From contig OX597814.1 of the NCBI GenBank assembly GCA_951406725.2, positions 219,356,001-219,420,000 on the forward strand: DNA of 64,000 nucleotides, written 5' to 3'. Shown here piece after piece: positions 1 to 13,199 of the stretch. The notes below the pieces were generated by a model. The model searched no databases. It had not been told where the DNA came from and saw only the letters and a program-made list of their open reading frames with translations. This stretch comes from Octopus vulgaris. Lineage: Eukaryota. Numbering within the stretch: position 1 is the first letter of the stretch; each line of letters begins with the position of its first letter. The translations under genes were made by a program, and so were the position numbers.

Positions 1-216
1 TGCTGCTTTAAATAAAGCATATTACTCTACCACTGGTATTTGAGTACTCTTTTTTCCACCTTGTTTCACATTTATGTGTTTACTCCGGTATATAGATAGA
101 TAGGTAGATATATATATGTACACAGACTTTATATATATATATATATATTTGTGTTTTGTTTTTGTTTTGTTTTTCCAGTTTCAGCTCTTGAGCTGTGGCC
201 ATGCTGGGGCACCGCC

Positions 217-380
217 ATTGTGGTGAAAGAGTACAGCAGGAATCACCACCCCCTGCCGGAGCCTCGTAGAGCTTTTAGGTGTTTTCGCTCAATAAACACA
301 CACAACGCCCGGTCTGAGAATCGAAACCGCGATCCTGCGACCGCGAGTCCGCTGCCCTAACCACTAGGCCATTGCGCCTC
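217..380 (-). mobile_element. tRNA-derived SINE family A, 5' part
   Basis: Reverse complement reads GAGGCGCAATGGCCTAGTGGTTAGGGCAGCGGACTCGCGG...GGTTTCGATTC (A/B boxes); near-identical to the full copies at 35867 and 56677. Confidence 0.85.
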
Positions 381-392
381 TGTGTGTGTATT

Positions 393-535
393 TATATATC
401 ATAAGTATATATATATATATATATATATATCAATATATATGTGTTTATATACATATACATGTGTTTGTGTGTGTATGTATGTATACACATACACGTGTAT
501 GTTTGTGTGTGTATATGTATATATGTATGTGTGCA
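393..535. repeat. (TA)n/(TG)n compound microsatellite
   Basis: Direct observation. Confidence 0.9.
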
Positions 536-1029
536 GATGTGGCTGTGTGATTACGAAGGCTGAGTAATATTTCTGTAACAATATCATGTCTTTATAAATA
601 ATATGCAGAATTGCCATGATTCACATTCCACAAACTGTATATGTTTGCGTCTCTTTTTGTATATATGTTGTATATGTTTTTGTATATATGTTGTGTGAGT
701 GAGTGTGTTGTCCTGGATGCTGAAATATTCTTGGCTCGTCTTAGATTCAGGGAAGTTCAGATTGGCAATAATGACAGATAGGATGAAGAGATAGAGACTT
801 ATAACAGAAAAGGAAGCAGCTTTTCTACAAAACAACTTGCTGAAGGCTGTAGACCAGTTCATGATGACATGGTGGCAGAAAACACTTGGAATAGAACCCT
901 GAAAGCCCCTGGGGTATCAATTTTATTTTTCTGCAATTACCAATTTTAACAAATCAGTTAATATTTTCCCCATCCTTGTTTATGTATTCTGCCAACATTC
1001 CACTATTTTGTCAGTGCCTTGATGATAGA

Positions 1030-1770
1030 AATCACCAGGTTTTGATTTGAAGAATTCATCAAGTCAGATTTTCAGCTCCACATCATTGTTGAGCAAAATG
1101 CCATGCAGACTGTTGGAGAGCTATCAGAAAAGGTGATAATCTTAAGGTGCTGTACTAAAAGAATATGGTGAGTGTGGTAGAAGTTTTCAACCAAGCTCTT
1201 GAATAACATTTTTTACTCAAAATAATGACAAGTATTACCATGTTAGACATGTTTGTTGAGCCTTTGCATTTGCTGAATGTGAAGCTGCTCTGCATTGACT
1301 GTGTAGTTGTTTTCAAGCGTTTTGGAGTTGATTATCTCCTCCCAATCCCACCAAACACAGATGCAGTTCTTGCTTAGCTGAGGTGTTGCTTGCTTGATGG
1401 GACTCAGCCAATCCTTCCCCTGCTTCATATTGATGTAAAGACACCAGTTTTCATTGCTGGTGACAATGGTGGTAAAGAAACCTTTGTGTCCCAGAGTAGC
1501 CTGGTAGTATGTGAACACACTGGTAGTGATGGAGTTTCTCTTTTGTTCAGAACAGTGGCACCCATGCACTGAATGTTTGGGTCTTACATATCAAGCGAAA
1601 GTGTCAGGGGAGCATCTCGTCTACTGATCCAATTCCCTAGGGTGTTGGTGTGGATCAGCTGGGTCAGTCAATCCTCATTAAACTGAACAAAACGGTGGAA
1701 TTGCGAAGAGTCTGTGAAGTTCAATTTTCCCTCCTTTCAGTGACAACACCTTCTCTTTACACAGTTCAAA
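1030..1770 (-). mobile_element. decayed mariner transposase fragments
   Basis: Minus ORF 1243-1569 contains FFTTIVTSNENWCLYIN...CVWWDWEEII...TVNAE, matching mariner IVTGDEKW..Y.N / CVWWD motifs; boundaries approximate. Confidence 0.75.
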
Positions 1771-2329
1771 TGTCTTGAGTGGCCTTGGCAGCTCTGGAAC
1801 TTTGATTGAAAATAAAGAAAAGCAGGAGTTGAAAATATTCATTTTTTTTTCCTACTCCACCATAATATGTTGGAAAAGAGGTAAAATTTATTCAAATTTC
1901 AAAATAAACAAAAGTTGTAGAGGGAAAAATGAAGCTGCAAAAAAAAAAACCCCATTAAGCAGAACACTATGATAAAAATATTTTTTTGTGTTAATTCAGA
2001 TAACATTGGAGAGAAACAACTGAATTTATCCAACAATCCAATAAGAGTCAGGCTTGGAAAGATTGTAGAAGCTGAATAGATAGCTATAAGCGAAGTTATA
2101 GATCAGATATCCATAGTAATGGAAGCCAAAGAAAGAAAGCAGTTTGTGCTTGTTCTGCCATGTGTAGTGTTCCTGATTGCTAAGTTGTGTGCTCGAGAGA
2201 ATTGAAATGTTGGTGAGATGTGTGTGAGGAATGATAATGGCACACTCCACTTGAAAAGAGGCATGCAAGTGCTGCCATAAGAGGTTGTTAAATGTAGAGA
2301 GTGTATGAAAGCGAGGGAGTCAACCTGAA

Positions 2330-3910
2330 GTAGACCCAACAGAAGGACTAACAATTCAAATTGATAGCATTATGGGAGACAGTGATTAAGGATATGAAGG
2401 CAGAGAAAGTAGCTGGTTTATTAGAGATAGTTGTTAACATGCTTAAGATAGCTGGTGAAATAGGATGCAGATTAGTCACTTGAATAATCAATCAGGTAAT
2501 TCAGGTAAGCCTCAAGGGCAAAGGGGATCTACTAGAGATAGGAAACTACAGAGGCATCAAGCTGTTGGACTAAGTTTAAAAAAGTAGTTGAAAGAGTTTT
2601 CCATCTAAGCTAATACAGTAATTGACAAGAACAGTATTAACTTAGATGGAATACAGTTTAGTTTTGTGCCTGGAAGAGGTACCACAGATGTCACTTTCCT
2701 CGTGTGACAGATGCAGGAGAAGTATTTAGCTAACAATAAGACTTGGTACTTAGTATTTGTTGACTTGAAAAGGCCTTTTGACTGGGTGTCACATTTTGTT
2801 ACCTGGTATTATATATAAGGAAACTAGGGCCAGTCAAGCTATGTACAGAGTTACAGTCTGCAAGGTGAGTCTCAGCAATGTCTTGAGTTTGGAACTTCTC
2901 ATTCAGATAGGTGTCCATCAAGGTTCAGATCTCATCCCCTTTTTCTTTATTATAGACCTCTCTGCTCTAACAGGAGTTGAAAACAGGCTCTTCATGAGAA
3001 TTTCTCAGTGTTCATGACTTAGTTGTTAGAGAAGAATCAGTAGATTTGGAGAAGAAATTCCAGACATGGAAACAAAACTTGGAATTGAAAAGTTTTCAAA
3101 TAAACCTAACGAAGACTAAAATTTTAGTATGTAGGGAAAGAAAGAGGACAACTTCTACCATCAGAGAAATGACTGTAATCAATATGCAGAAAAGGATCAG
3201 GCAGAAATTCTATACAATGTGAACCCAAGATTGGGTCCACATGTAGGCTAACAGAAATTACTGCAAGTGCATAGGCATAGAGGCAATGAATTACCAGGTG
3301 CACATGGAGGCAGACAGTCTCTAATACCTGGGAAAATTCTCTAGAAGTAGTTGATAGCTTCTACCTAGGTGACTATTCTATTAGGAGATTTGTGCTGTGA
3401 AAATTTAGTAATCTGAGAAGGTACAGGTTCAAAAAAGTTCAGGGATATTACCCCTTAATAGCAACTAAGGACTTTTCTATCAGAGTGGAAGGAAGTCTGT
3501 ATGATGCGTGCATGCAAACTGCAATGTTACATGATGGTGAGACATGGGCTGTAAATGCAAAAGATTTGTGAAAACTAGAAAGGAATGAAAGCAAAACATG
3601 CTCTGCTGGGAATGTAATGTTGATTTCCATGATTGATGGAGTACAAATAAACTGAAAGAGAATATCATCAAAGGATTCAGATGATGCAGTACAGAAGGTA
3701 AAAGACTGCTCTGGATTAATCATGGACTGCATATGGAAATTGGCGGCAGCTGTCTAATGAAGTGCTGCATACTTAAAGCAAATGCAACTAAAGAAGACTT
3801 GGATGAGATGGCAAAGTCTGCTACTGAGGTGTTACCTCTCTCAAAGATGACAAAAGATAATTACAAATGGTAATGATTGAGAAGACACATCTACCTGTAC
3901 AAGCATTCAG
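2330..3910 (+). mobile_element. decayed RTE-clade LINE (RT domain and C-terminus)
   Basis: Frameshifted motifs GNYRGIKLLD (~2540), FVDLKR(AFD) (~2757), GVHQGS (~2910), YLG, GSLYDACMQTAMLH-GETWAV (~3490); many stops. Confidence 0.85.
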
Positions 3911-4944
3911 GTATTGTGATGTAGGCTGGAATAAATAATACATATATCTACAACTAGGACTTATGCTTATTTTATACCTGCTAAATTGTCATCCGGTACT
4001 TTCTTGCCTCTTCAGTACTCTCTCATCTATTGTCTCTCACCTTTTTTATTCATTGCACAACGTCACCTGTATATCTGATCAGGTCATATATAAATCCATC
4101 CTCTGAGTATCAAGAGATTGTGTGGGATCTGTTATCTTATACACTCCATCACTCTATCATTGCTATCTGAACTGCCCTTTAAATGTGCTCTCCATCACCC
4201 CCTCCGTACTTGCAACTGTCTATCCCCACCTTTTTCTCCTCCAGATTGCTCATTATTGACATCACTTACACTCTCTTACCTTCAACCATTTTTGCAACCA
4301 TCCATTATTCATTCTCTCTCTCTCTCTCTCTCTCATATTGCAATCATTGTTTTTCTGCCTTCTGAATCTTCTCTCTCCTCTTCACCATTGCTCATCTTCG
4401 CTAGTCGCCTTCTTTTCTACTGACCTTATTGATTATGCTACCTGAAACAAATAATTACAACATTAAGCAACAGAAGACTTTTTGTCTTGTGGGAAACAAG
4501 ACAACCTCACCAGTGCTGTTATAGGGATGTGGAACAAGTGGAAGAAAGAATGTTGAGAGGGTTGTCCTTTACTTTTGACTTGTGAAGGACATGATAACCT
4601 CTCCTGTGCTGGTGCCATGGTAAAATGCCCCTGGTACACTCTTTAAACTGGCTGGTATTTGGCATTCATCCTAAGAAAGAAACCAATTCAAAATGAAACA
4701 AGAGTCCCAATATGTCCCAATAATAATTATCTCAGGTTGTGATAACCTGTCCAAACATGTCATTTCTGATCCTCGTACGAACTGAATGTCTACTATACTG
4801 ATGACTGTTTGTGCAAAGTCATCCATTGCCAACAACAACAAATCTAACTGGATTCTTTTCTAATATGCAAACAAAGTAACTGGAGAAATATATTTTAGTG
4901 TGTCTATGTATATGTGCACACACCTGCATGTGCATACACCATTT

Positions 4945-5100
4945 AAGAATGGTTAAGAAGTTCTCTTCACAATCATGTGATCTTAGGATCCTGATACATG
5001 GACCCTTGGGCAAATGCCTTTTGTTTTTGCCGTAGGTCATCCCAAGTTTTGTGAGTGAAACTGAGTAGACAGAAACTTCATGGAAATCTGTTGACTGGAT
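4945..5100 (+). mobile_element. degenerate SINE family C (CORE-like) fragment
   Basis: ACCCTTGGGCAAATG...TTGTGAGTGAAACTGAGTAGACAGAAACT, similar to 40625-40800. Confidence 0.6.
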
Positions 5101-5605
5101 TGTACTCAAAATTCAAAAGTACCGCCTTTTTCGAGCACAGTGTCATACAGGTTTTGTCTGAGAGTTATTTGAAGGATTCATGTGTCTGTGAAATGTTCCA
5201 CAGATTGCATGCTAATTCAGTGACCTAGCCCTGAGCTAAGTAAATTTGGTACATGGAAACTGAAAGAAGCCAGTTATGTATAAAGATATCATCATCATTT
5301 AACATCCACTTTCCATACTGACATGGGTTGGACAGTTTGACATTTTTTTTTTTTAAGGCAGGATGCCTCTTCCTAATGCCAACCACTTTATGGAGTGATT
5401 TTCTGTCTGTACCACCAGCACTACTGAGATTGCCAGCTAACTTGCATGACAGAAGAAAAGGAAAAAGCTTCCACTACTAAATAGGAAGTATCTGAGAAAG
5501 ACAGGTGCTTTTATTCCAGATCTTGAAAAGCTAAGGTAAGATAGCGAGACAAGTGCATGTGTCTTGCTCCAGAGGGGATAACATAGCTTCTCCACATTAT
5601 ATATG

Positions 5606-5648
<43 letters not shown>

Positions 5649-6339
5649 AGTAGGTGAGGAGATAAAGGAAGATAGTGATGACATGCAATCACTATCTTCG
5701 ATGGCATGCCTGAGTAAATTCTCAAGGTACAGGAAGGTAAGCATAAGGGAAGATCTGGATGGGAGGGAAAGTGAATAATCTCATAGAATGTAAGAAGGGG
5801 AGTCACAGGTGGTGAAAGATGAGGTTGGAGGTGAATGTAGGAAGTGATGGGTAAGGGTGGAGGTGCAGTTGAAGGAAATAGTATGAAGAGGTGCCAGGTG
5901 AGGGATATAGGAGTTGTTCAGGGAGGAGAATAGTAGAATGATGTGGCAAGGTAGAGGTATATAAGGGCACTATAGTAAATGGGAGTTGAGGGTAGAAATG
6001 AGGGGTCATTGAGAATGATAGCAGATAAAAGTATAAAGAATAGGGTACAGACAAGGAGAGATATCTGTGGCAGAAAGCACAAAAGGAGGTGATTGGTGGA
6101 AATAGTATTGGAAGGGGTGATAATGAAAATTGTAAGTGGTTCCAGGTGGGGAGGTAATCAGACAGGAGGGGTTTTTTGCCAATTTTGCTTTCAGGTGATT
6201 GCAGCAGCTGAGTAGTAACATAGGGGAATGATAGGTATGAGGGGATGGGAATCGGGAGAAATGCTTGACTGGTCAGAGAAAGGGGCAGGGCCTCACCTAT
6301 GTATGTATATGTGTATATATATGTATGTGTATATATATA

Positions 6340-6620
6340 TATATAACTGAGAATGTCTGTATGTGTGCATCACTAAAACTCTAGAACTACCCTACCAATT
6401 TCATTCAAATTTTATACATGCCTTACTTAGGGTCTATACAGTGTCATGGGCCAAAAATATTTTCAACTTCATGCCTAATGCGAGCTCAGAGCAATCTCTT
6501 ACACTATTTCAGTATTATACATCAAAAGTGAAACAATAACATCTCTATTGTAATGTGAGATAATACTTTCAGTTTTAATAGTTTCACTATTAATACTTTC
6601 ACTATGTATATACTATATAC
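6340..6620 (+). mobile_element. probable non-autonomous Helitron-type remnant
   Basis: ATATATAACTGAGAATGTCTGTATGTGTG...CCAATTTCATTCAAATTTTATACATG resembles 5' parts of Helitron-associated repeats; no 3' end seen. Confidence 0.4.
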
Positions 6621-7244
6621 CAATGCACCGTTCACAACATAGTAAATTGGATCTAGCACTATTTTTAAACAAAGATTTAAACACATTTACACTTGTTTAA
6701 ATATAAAGAGAATAGCAATTCCACATTACTAGCCAGCCACGCACATCATCTAATTAATAGAAAAGTACAGTATAAACTTTCCTGGGCTATAATAGATTCG
6801 GGTATCCCATATCAGGGCCAACACTCTAGTTGTGGACTCTGCTTAAAAGAAGCCCTCAAAATTTTAACCCACAACTTGCCGCATTTGCTTAATAAATACA
6901 ATGAGGCCTTCACTACATGGAAGCACACAGTCTTCCGCACTGTTAAAATCTTTCGTAAATGTAAATATAAGTTCACCCTCCACAAATAGCACCCACATGC
7001 AAACCCCTATGATCATTAATACATACCCCTCTATACCTCTTCTATCTCTCCTATACCTCTGTATCTCTTATTCATATCTTATATCTTACATCTCCTCATC
7101 ACTTTGTGAGGTAAATATTAATTCTTTAATTTATCCTTAATTTATTTTTAAACCTTAACCCAATAAATCCCCTAATATAAATCCAACTCCCACTCATAAA
7201 TAATTTTAAAATAACTCTAAAGCTACTGACTTTAGCCAGAACAG

Positions 7245-7465
7245 GCACATCCGATCGTGGCCGTTTGCCAGCCTTGTCTGGCACCTGTACCGGTGGCATG
7301 TAAAAAGCACCCACTACACTAATGGAGTGGTTGGCGTTAGGAAGGGCATCCAGCCGTAGAAACATTGCCAGATCAGACTGGGCCTAGTGCAGCCTTCTGG
7401 CTTCCCAGACCCCAGTTGCACAGTCCAACTCATGCTAGCATGGAAAGCGGACGCTAAATGATGAT
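7245..7465 (+). mobile_element. SINE family D 3' part (V-domain-like core, (GAT)n tail)
   Basis: GGAGTGGTTGGCGTTAGGAAGGGCATCCAGCCGTAGAAAC...CATGCTAGCATGGAAAGCGGACG; more than 10 copies in the window. Confidence 0.85.
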
Positions 7466-7947
7466 CTCCTCCCCAACACCTATAGACTTTCAGACTACCA
7501 TTGACACATACTACTCTCTTTAAATTCTTTTCATTTTGCTCTATTTTTTCCTTATCTTCCTTTACCTCCTCATCCTCTCTCTCTTATCTTCTCAGCTATC
7601 ACGTACACAATTCTTAGACAAATTCACCCTCCCTCACTCTATCTACCTCTCTTTCTATTTTCTTTCCTTTTTACCACTTAGTAGCCACCTCTGCTAACAT
7701 TTTGTTATTGAATGTTGATATGTTTGTGTCTTTTTTCTCTGGATGTTTACCATAGAAGGATTTTAACCCACATGGATCTATGTAGGATTGCACCTAAGGA
7801 CTCAGGCTCCAGTTTCTATAACTTCAGAAAGTTAAACTAGGAACTTTTGTACTTTTTTTTCTTCTTTCTCGCCATCTCCTTATTCTTTCACTCCCTTCCT
7901 CTATGTTGTCATCACATTAATATATTCCACTCTCATTTTCCCTATTT

Positions 7948-8003
7948 GTCTCTGATGATGGAATATCCCATACTCGGGGATATCCCAGAAACAGCTGTAA
8001 GAC
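7948..8003 (+). ncRNA. minimal type I hammerhead ribozyme (PLE-associated)
   Basis: GTCT-CTGATGA-[stem II TGGAATATCCC/GGGATATCCCA, 10 of 11 pairs]-GAAA-CAGCTG (palindromic stem III)-TA-AGAC; stem I GTCT/AGAC. Confidence 0.8.
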
Positions 8004-8191
8004 TCTGAATTTTTTCCAATAATAATATTGTATGCGATTTGAGATGTTTGCCTTGCCTTAATGTTTCTTGTCCTCTTTAACAATTATATATCCACTGCAC
8101 TGGAAATCTGCAATGGCTCAATGGAGTCCTAGTAATCCGTTACCTAGCGTACATAATTCTTTACATCACCTGTGAACTAAACCCCTATACC

Positions 8192-8728
8192 TTGTGTGTA
8201 TGTATATATATATATATATATATATATACGTATGTGTGTATATATATACGTATGTGTGTATATATATACGTATGTGTGTATATATATATGTATGTGTGTA
8301 TATATATATGTATGTATGTGTATATATATATATGTATGTATGTGTGTGTATATATATATGTATGCATGTGTGTATATGTATGTATGTGTGTCATCATCAT
8401 CATCATCATTTAACGTCCGCTCTCCATGCTATGTGTGTGTATATATATATGTATGTATGTGTGTGTATATATATGTATGTGTGTGTATATATATGTGTGT
8501 TTGTGTATATATATATGTGTGTGTGTGTATACATATATGTATATATGTGTGTGTATTTATGTATGTATAAATATGTATGTGTGTGTGTTTATATATATAT
8601 GTGTGTGTGTATATATTTATATGTATGTATATATGTACGTGTGTATGTATATTTATGTGTGTATATATATATATATGCATATATATGTATGTATGTGTAT
8701 ATAAACATATATATGTATATTTATATAG
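8192..8728. repeat. (TA)/(TG) compound microsatellite
   Basis: Direct observation; contains a short SINE-tail piece at ~8391-8430. Confidence 0.95.
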
Positions 8729-8839
8729 TAACGGAAAGGGAGGAATTTCAATTATCCCCATGGGGTGAGATGTAATATATATAACACATTAAAGATGGAA
8801 ATTGCTTTTCGTAGTTTTAATATCTTTTATATTATTCTA

Positions 8840-9530
8840 ATTACATTTTATCTTAAGAAAGATTCAAGACTTCAGAACAACACTAACTGAAATATCCACC
8901 CTCACTTATAGATGATGAAAACAGGTGTGCCAAGAAATTAGACATAAAAACACTAAGGACAGCAAAACATAACACCACACCTCTTCTCAAAACACTACTG
9001 TATGTATCAACTCAACCCTAGAAACAATGAGGCATACAACACTATTGTGCAAAATCTACCTATGTTCACTAGAGACCCAAAAAGGAACGTCCTGAGAGCA
9101 CATAAATTCATCAAATGCAAAAAGCAGCACAAATCGCTTAAAGAGACTCCTAACGAATGTGAAGCTTTACACGACAACCATGATACCAATGGTTAAAAAA
9201 TGTGAACACCCAAACTGTGAAACATGCTCCAACCTACTTGAATGCTTCAAATTCTTTTCAAACAAGGAGAGAAGGTCACAATTACAATCAACTTGTGTCT
9301 CTGAGAATCTAATTTACGTAATAACCTTCTCAGGTTGTGGACATAACTATATTGGTTCCTGCAATAAAGACAGATTCCTTTAAGTGAACACATAGAGAGA
9401 TGCGCAGGTAAAATCAAACCAAATTTCAAAGTTTTCCCCTTCTACCAGTGCAAGGATACAATTTCTTTGCAAGAACATTTAAATAAAGAAAATTTATTCA
9501 TTGAAAAACACACAACACATCTAAATATGC
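8840..9530 (+). mobile_element. Penelope-like element GIY-YIG endonuclease remnant
   Basis: KCEHPNCETC (Zn linker) followed by TCVSENLIYVITFSGCGHNYIGS = TC.S.N.IY.I.C..C...YIG motif. Confidence 0.8.
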
Positions 9531-9854
9531 TTTTGAATTCTTGTGCATATTTCCCTCCACACACACAAACCAAAAGATGAACAATTATCTCCCCTGTCCA
9601 CAATAATGACAATCACCAATTACATCCCCTTCAATTTTTCTACTTGTTGAATCATTCATAAACACACAACATGGACAAAAAATTTTTCTTAAAGAAATAT
9701 GTAATTGAAATAATTTTAATGACATGATTAGCAAAAGTGAAACTGGTCGACAAACACAGTATAAAATATATTAAACTATGTGAAGTATGTGCATTTTCCT
9801 TCTTTAATTTCTTATATATATACATGTATATGTATATATATGTGTGTGTGTGTG

Positions 9855-9888
<34 letters not shown>

Positions 9889-9892
<4 letters not shown>

Positions 9893-10117
9893 AGTAATAA
9901 GAGAGAGACCACATGTGGTCACTGTAACGCTAGAAATAGATCCGCAAAGGGAATCCACCACTAAAGAATTGTTCTCAAGCATTAATTCAATTAATGCTTG
10001 TTGAATTAATTAATGTTGAATTAATGCTTGAGAACAATTCTTTAGTGGTGGATTCCCTTTGCGGATCTATTTCTAGCATTAGAGTGACCACATGTGGTCT
10101 CTCTCTTATTGCTTGTA
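9889..10117. repeat. near-perfect 102-bp inverted repeat (foldback)
   Basis: Arm 9889-9990 is the reverse complement of 10016-10117 with 3 differences; 25-bp spacer. Confidence 0.95.
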
Positions 10118-10219
10118 TTAATAATTTTTACTGTATCCCAGTTTTTTTCGCTAGGCCACTTGGTGTTTTAAGTTGATGTTATTAATTAATATTCAATTTT
10201 TTTCACCCTTATTGTGATT

Positions 10220-10643
10220 TTATATATATATATATATACATGTGTGTTTATACATATGTATTTATATATATATAATGTATATATATGAGTGTATATATAT
10301 ACATGTGTATGTATGTGTGTATATATGTATGTGTGTATATATATATGTGTGTATATATGTGTATGTATATGTATGTATATATGTGTATGTATGTGTATAT
10401 ATATATGCATGTGTATATATATGTATGTGTATATATATATGTATGTGTATATATGTATATATATATATATGTGTGTGTATTTATGTGTATGTATATGTGT
10501 GTGTATATATGTATGTATATATGTGTGTATATGTGTGTGTGTATATATATATATGTGTGTATGTGTGTGTGTATATATATATATGTGTGTATATGTGTGT
10601 GTGTATATATATATGTGTGTGTGTATATATATATATATGTATA

Positions 10644-10676
<33 letters not shown>

Positions 10677-10801
10677 GTGTGTGTATATGTGTGTGTGTGT
10701 ATATATATATATATGTGTGTGTATATATATATATATATGTGTGTGTGTATATATATGTGTGTGTGTGTATATATATATATATATGTGTGTGTGTATATAT
10801 A

Positions 10802-10868
<67 letters not shown>

Positions 10869-10907
10869 ATATATATATATGTGTGTGTGTGTGTATATGT
10901 GTGTGTG

Positions 10908-10982
<75 letters not shown>

Positions 10983-10988
10983 ATATAC
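10220..10988. repeat. (TA)n(TG)n compound microsatellite
   Basis: Direct observation; explains the 230-310 aa YICV-type ORFs. Confidence 0.95.
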
Positions 10989-11516
10989 AGTGACAGAAGC
11001 AGTATGGCTACTAGAAGGCAATCTGTATGCCCAACTTAATGTCAATATTTTTTCAAAACACCAAATATTGTATTATTTACATAATGAAACCCTCTCATAT
11101 GGACTAATGGTGTATAAAAGTACTCATATTTATATAATTAGCAGACGAAAATCTTCTACTACAACCACAGGAACTGCCAGATCTCATGATTTCACCGTTT
11201 TGGACTCTTCAGTGGGAGACGTCCAGTAGCAAAATAACAGCCAAATCTCAATGATACATAGAATTTCAGTGTCTTCTGAGGCACTGATGTCACATGTAAC
11301 CAGCAGACTTATTAAAAAATAATTTATAACAACAGATGCAGTATCAGTACCAAAAGATAATTTTTATATCCAACTTAACATGGATGTTTATGTTAGAACA
11401 CTGAATGCTATGTTATTTACCAAGAGATAACTCTTCATATGGACTTGTGGTGCATATATATTTCCTTTGTTTCAGTTATTTGTCTGCAGTCATGCTTGGA
11501 AACCACCTTGCCTTAA

Positions 11517-11732
11517 CCCTTTCATTACTGGATTTATTTTGAGATGCTCTGTGTTTCTTTCAATCAATTTTAAATATGACAAAGAATTTAATAAAATAAC
11601 TTAGTTATCATTCAGCTAATGCTAGGAACATAAATTGTGACTAAGGTTTGGTGGAAGATTTTAATTCAAAACTTATGAAAACAAGACATTTGTACTACAG
11701 AGCCGGTTTCAGCCAGGCTGGTAACGAAAGGG
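11517..11732. mobile_element. TTAA-flanked MITE (piggyBac-like ends)
   Basis: TTAA|CCCTTTCATTAC ... GTAACGAAAGGG|CTAA; related ends at 63352-63552. Confidence 0.65.
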
Positions 11733-13199
11733 CTAAAGGGTTTTGTCAATAAAATTGGTTCCATTTCTTAAATCTGGTACTTCTTCTATTTGCCCCACAT
11801 TTTACTGAACTAAGTTATTGAGATATAAACAAACTAACACCAAACTAACACCAGTTATTAAGTGTGAACCCTAATTTTTTATTTATTTATTTATTTGCAA
11901 TCTTCTGTTCTCAAGTTGTGAAAGGAAATACCTGAAAAATTTGGTTGATCCTTGTACTACTGCAGAAATCAGATATGTCCATGCAAAATCTTAATACCCT
12001 TAACTACAGAAAGCAGTTTTATTTGACAGTCTATATTTTGGTGAGGAATGCCATGTATAAAACTATTTTCTGTTGAGGTCTGTCAAGTTTGCTGAGGCAA
12101 TGTGACCTGCAGAAAGTACCAATTCTATTTTTGATTTTGGTAGATATTTAACATCATTAGTCGAATAACCATGTAATTTAATTTTGAAGTTAAAGGCTAA
12201 ATGCTATTTAAATATATTTTTGTTTGTGTTTCTCAGAATTGTTTTTGTTTTAAAAGAAGAAAGCTTCCTAACTGTCATAGTTGCTACATTTTATTTTGTT
12301 TTTTTTTATTTTCTAGAAAAGTACAATAGAAGCCATTCTTAAAGATGTATATTAAAAAGACAAAGTGAACAATAAATCAACATTTTGCTGTATTGGAAAT
12401 CTCTCGGCCTTGAGAGAAAACCCTTGAAATAATCAAGAAACTATTACATAAATTATTATTATTATTTGACTGTTAAAATAAAAATGTGTGAACTATTGTA
12501 TTTGACTGTTCTTCTTCCCTTTTGCCCGTTAGAATGTTGGAATCATTTACCTAATTCAAATTAGCTATAACTAAATTACTATACAGCTGTATGTTGTCTG
12601 TGTATTTCTATTTATATGTTCACAAACACACACACACACAGGTAATATGTGTATGTCTCTATATATATATGCGTGTGTGTGTGTGTGTATGTATGCATGC
12701 ATATAAATATGTATGACAACTGACCATAAGAATGCAATACTATTTCAACCGTTCCAGAAAAAATCTTTTCTTTCTTTTTCCTTTTTTTCTTTTCTCTTTG
12801 TTTCTTCCTTGTCCTTTCTGTCTTTTTGTCTTTCTTTTTCTCTAACCAAGCCTCCAAAAATTTACCACACACACACACTCACATATTCAAAATAACAAAA
12901 GAACATTCCCTTCTCCATTCAAATACAAATTTTTTACCTAATTCACGTATAAAAAGCTTAAATTTTCTCTAATGATGTCATTCCTGATGAGATGAAAGTG
13001 TTCAATAAATAATTATCCAAAATTTTGATTATCACCGTTTTCTTAATATATTTGTGTTCGGGATTGGCCTTGAGCAAGGCCTTTTCTTGCCTTATAAAAC
13101 ATGCACCACTTGATTTTTAACATCTCTGTTATATGTTGTATGGTTTGGACATAGCTGAGGAAAGCAAAATATTCAGTGAAAATTCCACATATGTGTGTA

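Larger units (their letters stand above)
6630..8190 (+). mobile_element. Penelope-like element 3' remnant (GIY-YIG C-terminus plus pLTR-like region)
   Basis: ORF 6693-6989 NSTLLASHAHHL...YKLSWAII...Y...CGLCLKEALKI...LLNKYNE matches the PLE endonuclease C-terminal pattern (ST.LS..IW.L...W.I...C.LCL.EK...LLNK); hammerhead motif downstream. Confidence 0.75.

Noticed and set aside
12984-13005. CTGATGAGATGAAAGTGTTC hammerhead-like core
   Set aside because: No stem II and no convincing stem I or III pairing
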